Part shown: piece after piece, positions 10,301 through 22,300 of the stretch
Layout of the letters: each line of letters begins with the position of its first letter
How positions within the stretch are numbered: the first letter of the stretch is position 1
Assembly (NCBI GenBank): GCA_977030845.1
Contig: OZ365114.1
Span: 25,110,001 to 25,174,000, forward strand
Length of the DNA: 64,000 nucleotides
Reading direction: 5' to 3'
Source: Fimbriosthenelais zetlandica
Taxonomy: Eukaryota
Position numbers and translations under genes: made by a program
The notes under the pieces: model-generated
Told to the model about the DNA's origin: nothing
The model's input: only the letters and a program-made list of their open reading frames with translations
Database searches by the model: none

Positions 10301-13300
10301 TCAACACTTACGACAGGTGCCATAGTATCGACTGACGCATGTTCCATCATTACACCGTTTCTCAGTGGTTCCACATTCGTTCGCTAAGCAAAATGACAAG
10401 TACAGTTCACAATTAGACAAAGAAAGTGAAATACTATGTAATGTTATAACTTGTATGCATGTTATCTGTATACAACTGCAAATAACTAAGTCATAGCATC
10501 CAGAGAACGATAGTGAAATAAAGATGATACTCACGACACTGTTCTAAAAAATGTACACATTTTCCATTTTTACAAAGTCTCTCTGTCACAGCACATCGCT
10601 GTTCAGGTAGACCTGAAAGGAATGGTTAGAATAGATGAAAAAAGGTTGATGACACCAATATGGTCTTACTCTACAGACAATCGGCAGGAGCTGGTGAATG
10701 TTTAATCAGCAATTCTCATTACCAATGGTTAACTTACATGTAAAATTCACTTACCAACAGGGCAATCCCTTTCAAGTATGGAAACACAAGCTCCGTTGGG
10801 ACAGCTCTTTTCAAACATACCACATTCCCCAGCTGTAAAATACATTCATAAGATTAAGTAGATTCAAGATAGGTACTATGAAAACCAGTATGATTGACAA
10901 GGATTCCAGTGGATAATTTTACACGAGTTCAAAGTGAGACATGTGACTACTTACGGCAGCCCTCAGTGAGCTGAACACAGGAACTATCAGAACACTCTTT
11001 CAGAAAACACGTGCTCTTATGCGGTGTTTGAGTTGGAGAACTTGTTGTTGCTGAAAAAATATAGGTCACTTATAGGGATGCCTTCAAAAGTGTAATATGC
11101 CTTCAATATTCTTTTCTTTATCCTTTCACGCAGGAAGGGAACACCACACTTACTTTTACATAAGGCGTAATCCTCATCCGACCCATCAGGGCAGTTTGGA
11201 AGATTGTTGCAAATGTGTTCTCGAGGTATGCACCACTTCTTACCACTGTACTCCGTCCGACAGACAAACCCATTCAGTGTCTTCCCTTCATAGCTGATGA
11301 CACATGCTGGATATACCATATTTATATTATAAGAGAACACGATATTATAGTTATAAGCAAGGACAAGGTCCTAAGCAAGGACAAACATACATAAATCTGA
11401 CATATATCAAAGAAAGGACCCAGCAGGTATGTACCTTCAAATATTAGAAATGCGTTCATGAATTTTGTATTTTGAATGTAGTTCAACAATTTGTATGAAG
11501 TACTAAGTGTATCATACAATCCTATTCTTTGTCTTTTGTGTTAGTAGGATGATTGTGTGGCGCCACTTCTTGTAATCTCATCCCCATTTCACGCTAAGAA
11601 AAGCAATGTTGTCAAATGCCAACCTGTGACATTGTTAAAGGACGAGTAAGGTCAGAGCTCTCCTAATCACTCCACCTGTTATTCTCGGAATAATTATTCA
11701 AAACAATACATGAAAATCTTGTACTCTGGTTCCGTTATGAATAACATTACGGGAATACCTCTACTAACCTTATACCATGTAGATGGAGTAGGCTAGATAT
11801 AGAGTATTGACTAACAAATCTCTAACGAATCTAAATCTTTTATGATTATAATTATCTATGACTAATATAGCAGATTCACTTGTGAAGCCTTCCTTGTGAC
11901 GTCACAAGTTACAACGGTGTGATCAACAGGATGCCATTGAACGTCACGCGCCACCATGGCACCCTTGTTGTATAACTGGAGGGAGCCCACACAGCCAATC
12001 ATCACTAATGTGTCACAGGAAAAACCTTGCTACACTGACTCCTGTGAGGGAAAGCTGGCTGCCGCTTGCAAAAGCTCTGTCACTGCAGGCCAAGTAAGGG
12101 CTCGTTGCAACTTGCGACTGAGGCCAGCGAAAGTTTTTTTTCCTTTGACAGATGCAGTTATACAAGAGGGGATTGTATCAAACATATTTGATGTCCTAGC
12201 GATACCAAACTCAAATCACAACAATAAGTCGCAAGGAAGACACATGTATGCTGTGTATCAGCCATATTAGACCTAGAAAGTGCAAATAAAAGCTATGTAC
12301 CATTTGTATTCTTCGAGACGCGTGTATAGACTCCATAGACGAAGTTAAAGTGGCCTTCTTCAGTGGGCTTCCTCACACGTACATAAAAGCCCGTCCTTGA
12401 ACTGTATCCTTCTGGTGGCTGTCCAGCATTCTTCAGCTGGGTATGGGTGTCTGCTTGAAGGTTTTTGAAGTGCACAACTCTAGGACCATCAGATGAAGTA
12501 TCCGAGTGGAGTTCGGCACGACCTGTAAAACAAATGAGTTGTCAACTTGATGCTTACAGCATCCCACCCAGTCCAAAGGACTTCTTCCAGATGGAATTTT
12601 TTTTTTTTTTTGGGGGGGGGGAATTTCGCAAAATAAGGAAATGAGATCTACAGAGAAAACCAAATGAGGGGAAAAGGGATCTTGTCTAGATATATTAGCC
12701 TAAGTGAGATTTACTTACCATTTTCCAGGTCCATTGTAGTAATCCTGAAGTAGATGAACAGTTTATCGCTCTTCAATTTTGGTGGTTTTAACTGCCAGAC
12801 ACAATCATAACGGTACTGTATATGTTGCCATGGAAACCGGATAGTACTGAGTTTTACCTCCCCGCCATCCATAGGGTCGCCGATTTGGGGGCAGTCTACC
12901 AAAGGAAAATGTATGACTACAGATCATGAGCCCAAACTAGGACGGTCAAGTGGAATGAGCCAACAGCTCAACATGACTTGGGTGTTCTCTATTGCTATGG
13001 GAGGCAACATAAGAACTACACTGGACTCCAACAAACACAATATTATATTGATGATACGTTCTTTTAACTAAGCTACCTCTTATCTTGCATGGTTATGATC
13101 GCACAACATATATGCATATGTAACCTTCTCAAATCTCAGATTTGATGTGTCCTTCAAACTCACCTGTAAAAGGCTGGTCTATCTTCCAAGTCTCTGGACC
13201 TGGGGCTATGAAAAAGAAATCAATAGAGCTTGTTATCTAGATATTCAACCACATCAAGTATTGGCACAGCTGGCAAGGTCAGAAACCTCGGTGGTTGATA

Positions 13301-16300
13301 TGCTTGATCTGTAAAGGGGGTTTGGCTGGAGGTGGGGTTAGGACAGCACCTCAATACCAAGATCTAATCATGAGCTGATTTAAGTGTTGATGCATGAGGA
13401 TTTTGTTATTGACCTAGAAAAAGAATGGAAGCCCTAGTCATGATAGAAATTTTGTTGTGTGGAAATAGAAAGATTGTTTTAGTATGTCCAAAATATTCCA
13501 AACAAGTTGAAATACTGAACTGAATGTAAGTGTAGGTCATACCAAAGTACAGGGCCGTTGGAGAAAATGAATTTCGATTTAAGACGGGAAACTCTCATCA
13601 GAATCCATATGGAACATTGGCTATTAGTCTTCTTGTCCTCATCAAGGTAGGCTAATTGTTGAAAAAGAATAAAACAAACAGCATAACTTACTTTTGACGG
13701 TCCAGTAAGTAGCCTTAAATCCAACGTATTCCTTGCTTGTAATAACTCCTGGGCTAAACTTGAGGAAGACTTGACCGCCAGTTGAAGCGATGACCGGTCT
13801 AATCCAGGTACCCGAGTTTCCAATCGACGACACATAGGTTGGCTGGTCAGGGAAGGGACGTGCTGTTTCATTAGCTCCATCATGGATCTGCAATAGATCA
13901 CCTCTCGTTAACTCTAATTACGCTTAACAGTTTTTACGACAAATTAGTACATTGTGCAATTCTCAGACAAAAGAGACCGAAAGAGATCATGCCATGATGC
14001 TAACAGACCATCACTGCATGAAAGCGGGTTGTTAGAGTTGAAATTGCTTTTAAGCAATTGTTTTGGGCTTTAATTTCTTCAGTTTCTTTTTTTTTTGCTT
14101 TAGTCGATTCATTTAATCTCCATGGACTGCATGATGCGAAAGGGTCCCCAAAATCATTTCTTAGAATTCTTGTTAAAAATCAACAATTGGTTAATGAACA
14201 ACGTGTGTCATCTGAGTCATGTTTAAATCCTTCATGTTTAAATCCAGTAATGTTATACTGACCTGCAGAACACTTTTTGGCGGGAGGTCGAGGTCATCAA
14301 ATATTATCCTGATGAAGCCAGTTCCCGGCTGCCCTTCATATTCTATCAAATGGGTCATAGGCCAACAGCATCCGGGAAAGTTTGGAGACCTAATTATGCC
14401 GTTTTTGTTCATTTCCACTGCAGAAGAGGCTGAAAGGTCAAAGACCAAAGAGTGAGGACAATTTGTTTTCAATGGCTGTGAATTTGAAGGAGAAAACGAG
14501 CAATTTGCTCAGATGAAAAGCAACACCAAGAACTGCCATGCTCAGATGCTGGCATGTTGTGACTTCCATGCTCCAGATGAGTGATTATAACATTGACTGA
14601 GGCGAATGTCTAATTGTACCCCTGATTACAAGACCTAAACAAATTTGGAGTAATTAAATTTAACCTTTCCATTGATTAGCTATTTCTGTCACATTTAAAG
14701 TCTAGACATCTTAATCATCTGCTTCTAAATAAATCTGACCTCTGTTTTCTGAACAAACAGCTGATTCAAATCAGTGGTTTCTTTGATTGACCTACTAAAT
14801 GCATGAGCGCACAAGAGAAATAATTTAAGGGAGGAAACCACACAAGACCGGCAATGCCTACGAGTTGCAAGTGGTTTTCAGATCCCTGTATTCCCTTACT
14901 AAGGACGGTAATGTTAATCTGAGGGACAACCATCAACTTTAGTCTCACACTTCTAACTGTATTGCCTATTCTATATTTGTATAATGGTGTGTCCAGTGCT
15001 TCAGGTGGAATGACTTATTTCATGCTGAAAGTACTTTTCCCATGGGAATTATGCCTTTGGCATCCCAGGATAATGGGCTGATAAGGCTAGCCACTTCCTT
15101 ATGGATGAAATAATGATTTTCAAACCTGCGCAGAATGTAGGACAAGACATCTTGGGAAAATTGCACAAAGCTATCTGTTTTTATTGTTGGCTTCTAGCCA
15201 GTGACTCTAATTCTTCGGAAAATCAAATCATCGATCACCCATCCTTCTTAATTGGTAAATCTATTCCATTTACAAATCAGGCTTCATTTTATGCACTGGG
15301 ATGCTTTAGTAAGATGAGACTGGAGGCTTTGGAAAGGGAATATCTTTCATCCTGATCAAGCATGCAATCACGGACCGGGTGAAGGCCTTTCTTACTAGTG
15401 CAGCTTTAATTCTTCCCTGCGCCATTTCACGGTGCAATATGTTCTTTGCTGGTTCCAAAATGTCTTCAGATAAATCAATTTCAAACTAATATTACCAAAA
15501 GGCGTGTGGACTCCAGCTGCTGTAAATTGCACGTGTCATGGTGTATGAGTTATGGACATGGTCCTCATAGATAATTTTCCATGTTATAGATTTAATCAGA
15601 ATTTATAATTTAGTAAGGATGGTCATAGATTGGATCGAGGCCAAGCTGAATAAAAAATTAGGATAGCTTGTCAAATCAGTGGCAACCTTGATAGTATTGT
15701 TTCCAATTACTGAAAATGGTTGTCCTGAAAAGGGATTATCCATCTGGGTACCCCACACTAACTACAGGATTCTGTCAAAGCTCCCCCACTTTGGTTTGCC
15801 TTTAAAGGAAGATAATTACTTTATGATCACGCAATACATCCCATAATTAGTGAGATTCCATTTGGGAGGCGAATACTTCTTCTGAGCTGTCACGAACTGT
15901 TACTGAAAAAAGGGCTGCAAACTGTCATTCACATTTTGATTATGTAGTACAGAGAAATTGATAATTGGTTCAGTCGGTATATATATCCCAGTCCAATATT
16001 GACTTAATACTTCATCGTTTAATATTCAACCACCTATTCTCTTTTAATCAATAGGCCCCTAGTTCAAATTGAAGTAGATCTAAACCTTCCAGAGAGGGTT
16101 CAGGGTTACAATATGAAGCCGTCTTCGAAGATCAAGAAGGGGCAGCATCAACATAAAAAGTTGGTTAGTCCCACCTCTCCCTCTGTCAAGTGCCACCACA
16201 ACAATCCACACCCTTTCAAAAAAACTCCCCAGACAAATTTCTATTTCCAGGTTCCCCGCATTCTCTGCTGCAATCAATATTTTAACATGTTTATCGTTAA

Positions 16301-19300
16301 AAATGAAAGGGAAATAGACTCGAACACAATGGGACGGCATATGATTCACATGTCCTTTTCCTCGGCCTTCTATGTCCTATAGGCCTTCTTATTTAACAAA
16401 GAGCCCATATCATCTTCTCTGTCTGCCTTCGAAAAAACCTAGCTTAATCATCCCACATTAACATCGGCCAATGCCTGACCTTTGACGAGCTTTATGCTTT
16501 TGCTGCTGGAGTCAGATGATGAAAAAACCGGCATACTGACGTCAGAAATGACTGAGGTTTGGTGTGCCTGACGAACTGGTGGGAGGTAGGACAGAGAAAA
16601 TGATATAAACTGAGAAAGAGCTGAGAGAGTGAGATAGAGAGAGAATAGGAGGATGAAGTCTCCACAAGAACGAATGGCCATTCTAATTTCTCATTTCTTC
16701 CCCACTGGCTTCCCGTTTTATGTCCTCAAATAGTCTGGGAATTTGGAAAGTCCTTTGGTGTGGTCTATAAAAAGGAACTGTGTTGGGTGGTGCCGGTAAA
16801 GGTTGGGAAGTGCTGAGGCTATATTTTAGTTAAATACTTTTCAACGTGTAGGGTATTATTGTCTATATAGGGCATTCAACATATTTTATTCATTCTGTAG
16901 CCATTCTGGGGGACAGTCCATTAAAGGCACAATGTGGTTGGTCCCCCCAGTACCTGTGTGTGTGACAAACAAACTTCAAAAATGTCAATCGGAATGTGAC
17001 GCAAAATATTAACGGAAATAATAGTTGCTAACAATAATTATTTATAACAGAATGAAGTCATCTGTCATCATAACCCTAAATAAAGTACTTATTATTTGCC
17101 ATTTAGTGTCATCATTTCCAAAATAGAATGCTCCGTTACAATTATAGTAGGCACTCACTTCCTCAAATTCCCACAGATATCAAAGATAAAACGTAGTAAA
17201 ATGAGCTGCTGCTAATCGTCATATCCTCCTCACCGGTTCCCCAGCTCCCTGGCACCATGCCTTGAAAAGTAACTGATTGTAAAATCAATTTCAATAATGA
17301 TAAATGTTAATGAGCACATGACTATGTGTCGCTGTGTTTTAATAGTAATCATCTGGGAGAGTGGCTTTTGGACTAACCGCCATAGCCTCCATCTTCGTCG
17401 TCCTGGGATTAATTTTTTCATGGACCCCTGGGTTTTTGGTTGGGAGGCGATAATGAAGTAAAAGGTGGCCAGTCTGGAGGAGCAAGCTTTCCTAATGGTG
17501 CCTGACCAGCTCCCTTTTGCTCATCCAGGCCTGGCATTTAGTGCTAGAGGATGCGAGCAGCTCACCCTTGCTGCACCTCCCACTCCTCTTCCTCTACTCA
17601 GGAGTGGGTGCAGGCTTATCTCTAGGTCCAAGACCCTCGATCATGCCTGAACTACAAGGCTGTACATAGAGCATTAATTATCCTACCCCATGCCACATCT
17701 ATTATAATGAATGAAGCACGGCAATATAAGCCTATTTAAGGCTGGCTACTCAAGTGGAAGGAGGAGATTTGGACTGGATGTAGAATAAGGAGACATGAGA
17801 CTGCAGCACCGAAGCCACTTGACTGTGCTGCTTGTTGTCTGTGTGTCTGGCTGGCTAATATATTGTGTACTTAGCTCTGGGTATTAACCACAGAATGTTA
17901 GTCTAAGATTTGACAGTAGCTTAGAAAAAATAAACTAAAGTTATCTTCCTTATCTTGGACTGCACAATTATGTCAGGCTGATATGGGTATGGGATACTCA
18001 TGTATGAGATTATATATGTTTATAATTCAATATTAAAACGAATGTAGAAGAGATTTATGTTGTGTAAGAAAAGGGACCTTTCCCAAAAGTAATCACCGCC
18101 ACAATAAGTCCTCTTTCTTACCCTCGCACTCATTACTCCAACTCTGAATCATTTTAGTTCCTTTTTATATCATAAAAGGACCTCTTCATAACCAATATTG
18201 TATACAGATCAGGCAATAACAATTTTTTGATGTTGGGGAGCTTGATTGCTGGAAAATGATTTGTACTTCTTTCTCCACCCGTTCTTGTAATCATTGACAA
18301 TCGAGAATCGGTCCAGCAATTCCCATACGAGAAGTCAATCCATCACTGGTTGGCCACCAGGATAATGCATTACCTCAGTCTACTAATGTATTCCTAAGTG
18401 CATCGCCTTTCATAATGTGACTTCAGATGAAAGCCGAAGCCAGGCCAAAAGAGGCGGCGACTATAAAGCTTGAGTCTTGTTTTCTTTCCATAATTTACAA
18501 CCAGGATTTAAATCCAAGTTTTACTATTTAAAGTTTACCTAGAATATACTATGATTTGTTCTCTGAATCACCATACGAATGTGATTTTAGTGACAATCGT
18601 GACATCATACATCCCCTCATTGTAAACATTAGGCCATCCGATGCTACCCCACATTGCGGCCATTTCATTGACAAATAAGCAATCAAGACCATCTAAAATC
18701 ATATGATAAGTGATAAGTGAGACAGAACCTCATTGAACAGTGATATATTTAGTGGTATATTTGTGTCATATCTGGTGTGGGACAGCTCTTGGCCTATGAA
18801 TGCCACCATGGTGTTTTGTTTTGTATGCTGTTTTGAGGTAAACAAACACAGTCTCGCCCAACTTTTATCACTGAAATACTCCAATAGGTAGGAGATATAT
18901 CATTGTTTTATCCACACATTTTGTTTCCTTTCATGTTGATGGTTGATATTAGCCAACAAAATAGGATCGATAAATTTCACCCAAGACTTGCTTCATAGCA
19001 ACTTTAAATCGAACTTGCTCCATCTTCTTAATAAACTTTCATTATAGGTTAATAAGGTTGGTCGGCAAATTGAGCGGATGATAAATATAAGCGTCATATA
19101 TAGACAGGATGTGTTAATGACACCACCAATTTGGAACCTGAGTGTGACAGCATACCAGTCTCCTCATTAAATAAAACATGTTGTATACTTCTAGGCCTGA
19201 GAGGAAACCTGACAAGTCATGTCTTCAGCTGCTGTGTTTGCCTGATGTTTAGTTTGGTAGCTGGCAGTTGTGTGTTTTTAATGAGCTTCTCAATGAGAAA

Positions 19301-22300
19301 TCATGGTTCCGTCACGTATTCTGTCTTATGTGATTTTCAAAAGCAATGAGAAAGTCACTCAGAGAGCCTAATATTCTCCTTTCTTAGCTATCTGATGACG
19401 TCAAATTCTTATTCAGTTGTCATGGGAGACTCATAGTTGAGTCGAAGAAAACTTGTTTTCTTTCCCGGGCACATTTCTTGGCATGTGTCTTGGTATATAG
19501 ATTGTCTCAATATAGAAACTCGATGTCAGGTCTAGCATGAATGAGCCACAATAATTGTGGTGCTATATTTCATATAAAAAAGGCTTCTGATACATTTTGA
19601 GCTACCTTGCATGACTTTGAGATAAATTGAAGCCATGATGTTCATCATGGCATTGAAATCGGTGGAGGAACGGACATGTCTGACATGCCATCAATAATGA
19701 AGTCAGTCATGTTGTTAACATATGTCCTGAATTATCTATAGATGTGGATGGCCCTACCAAAGCAGAATGGTCATGATAACTGTTTGTGTCACAAATAATA
19801 TCAATGTCTCGGCAACAATGGCAATATTATATATTGCCAGTCTAACACTGCCACACCTATATCGCTACCAAGCCCATGCATGTGCCATGAGCACATAATG
19901 AATCCTGTTAAGTCGGTGAAGATATAACCTAATTATGAGCACTGCCGGTAGTAGTATGAAGCCATAAAAGAAGCCCTATCTACTACATGGCTTCAGCATT
20001 TGACCCCCGGGTCAATAAAGTACCCGCGGACAGTCTATCGAAAGAGCTTAGCTGAGTGAGCCGTGAGGAGAGGGTAGTAGATGGAATTGGTGGGTATTTT
20101 CAGGCAGGGAGAGCTGCATAGCAGACTAGGCAGGGCACAGCGGCAGGCAGCTGATATTTTAGATATGCATGCATGGCACTACTCCATATAATATCTATAA
20201 CGCTTTATCCATGCCATAGACCTTGCTGAATTCTGTTAAATATTCTAGTGGTATTACATTTACACACTGGGATGTGAACAATTCAGTTCTGTAGCAACCA
20301 TTATAAGGCTATGCTTATGCCCTTATGCTTTGTGAAGTGCAGTCCTCCTAAGCCTGGCATGGGTTGCATTGTCGGGTGCTGCCGATGTCCCACTGGCAAT
20401 ACACTCCGATCCATATTACTCAAGGGAAGTGTGTGTAGCATGCTTTGTTGTGATTCGGTTCAATCCTGGTGCAGAACGATTCAGTCCATAGGGGTGGTAT
20501 TAATTCAAGGCTAACATGTAATTGGGTGCTTTGTATGACTCTAATGGATCGTGCTTTATGACTTCATAAAAGTGGAATCAAATCAGAGATAGAGGAACAT
20601 TTTTTCATTTTTTTAACTTGCGAAACTTTCAATGTCAACGTTTGATGGGGCAAATCTTTGAAGTACCTCAAATGAAAGAACTAGGGCCTGTTTCAAAATA
20701 ATTATTATGGCTAATATACGTTTTGAAACGGCTCCAGAACCTCTAGATCTCCTAACTTAAATAAAGTCGCTTAAGCTTCAGCTTAAAACTTTAATGGCCA
20801 TTTGACAGGTAATAGGACTTCAGTGATACCTGACACAAGTATTTAAAAGAACTTATAAATATTATTTCCCATCTACATGAGATGCCAAGTGTCATCCATT
20901 ATCATTCATGTTTTTATCAGCAAGAATCAATGATTAAAGCTCTACTGGGTCATGTACAACACCAATAGAGGTAAATCCAGATATGTAAATCAGTTGAACA
21001 ACAAATGTATGGAAAGCTCTAATTAAAACTCGGGGTAATTTCTAAAGTAATTTCATTCATGAAGGACAAGTGGGCATATTTTAAGTTTCTAAACTATGCA
21101 GCATCAAGCTATGCACACATCAGCAGCACCGACAATGTAACCCACGCCAGGCTTGGGAGTACAGCACTTCAAAAAGTATAAGAGCATAAGCATAATTTTA
21201 AGCCTGGGGCACATAGAAATTTAGTTTCGCGCAGCTATTGCATGGAGAACCGCCTATATCTGCACTAAGTATTATAATGGTTGTGACATGTTCACATCTG
21301 ATTCACAGTGTATAAATGTAATACCACTAGAGTATTTAACATAATTCAACCAGGTACATAACATATGGCACATACAAAAAAATTTCGGAGTGAGGTACAC
21401 GACTATGGGTAGGGTAGCAGCTATCTTGGTGTACTTGAGTGAAACGAATGAGCAGCCCACTCTGGAGACGTTTATTGATTGTTTAATCTGGCCCTCTATC
21501 TAGACTAAGGACTGACTCACATCACGTAAGAGCTTTTCCTCCAGCCAAAATTAAAGGAACCACGAGGGCAGAGGCGATCAGCTTAGAACCGATTCTGTTG
21601 AGGAAAATCTAATCACGACGGCTTGTACGCATATTCTAATGACAGAGGCGTATGTGTGCAAAGTAAATCATCGTGAAGATTAGCTCAGGAAATGCCCTCT
21701 TTTATACATAAGGGTCAATCATAATGTTGACTGCTAATATCTAAAACATTGGCTAGAATAGCTGCGTTTGAAAAGTGATGACGTATTAAAGCCAATATCC
21801 AAACAATGAGGTTACAGAATCAGTGCAATGAAAGAATGTGAAATGTACATGAAGATCATATATACCATCAACACTCAAGTCATATACGTTGACACGGCAC
21901 TATATATGAGCTATGAATGGCATCAAAATGTCTCAAACCAAGCAGTATAAACTATGAACACCAATGAATGTCAGGCCCATAATACCAGTTGTACAGTCAC
22001 AATATCAATACAGAGAAATGTTCATTGCAAGCAATGGGTATTTGGTAAAAGTTTTCAATGAATTATTCATGTCTTTCCGATCCAGTGAAAAGTGCTCATC
22101 CATACACATTTACCCAACGTTCAAGCATGCATAGAATAGTAAATGCCTTGGCATATTGTAACAGAATTCACAAACACGAAACCTTGTCTATGCTTTAGTG
22201 CTAAAATTATCAACATGTCATATACATAATTATGTGAAGCTGGGTTAGGTGTATAAATGTATGTAACAGAAGGCCACTCAACTGCTCGTGAATAAATTCA

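Noticed and set aside
12597-12621. T15-G10 homopolymer junction
   Set aside because: Simple intronic homopolymers with likely length noise; no functional evidence.
15450-15461. Plus-strand WFQN codons
   Set aside because: No surrounding homeodomain residues and a stop three codons later; a chance match.
16448-16681. ORF MAIRSCGDFILLFSLYLTLSALS as the receptor signal-peptide exon
   Set aside because: Its hydrophobicity comes from a CT-rich low-complexity tract. Exons 27101-27065 and 22531-22469 give a better signal peptide with stronger splice sites. It cannot be fully excluded as an alternative first exon.
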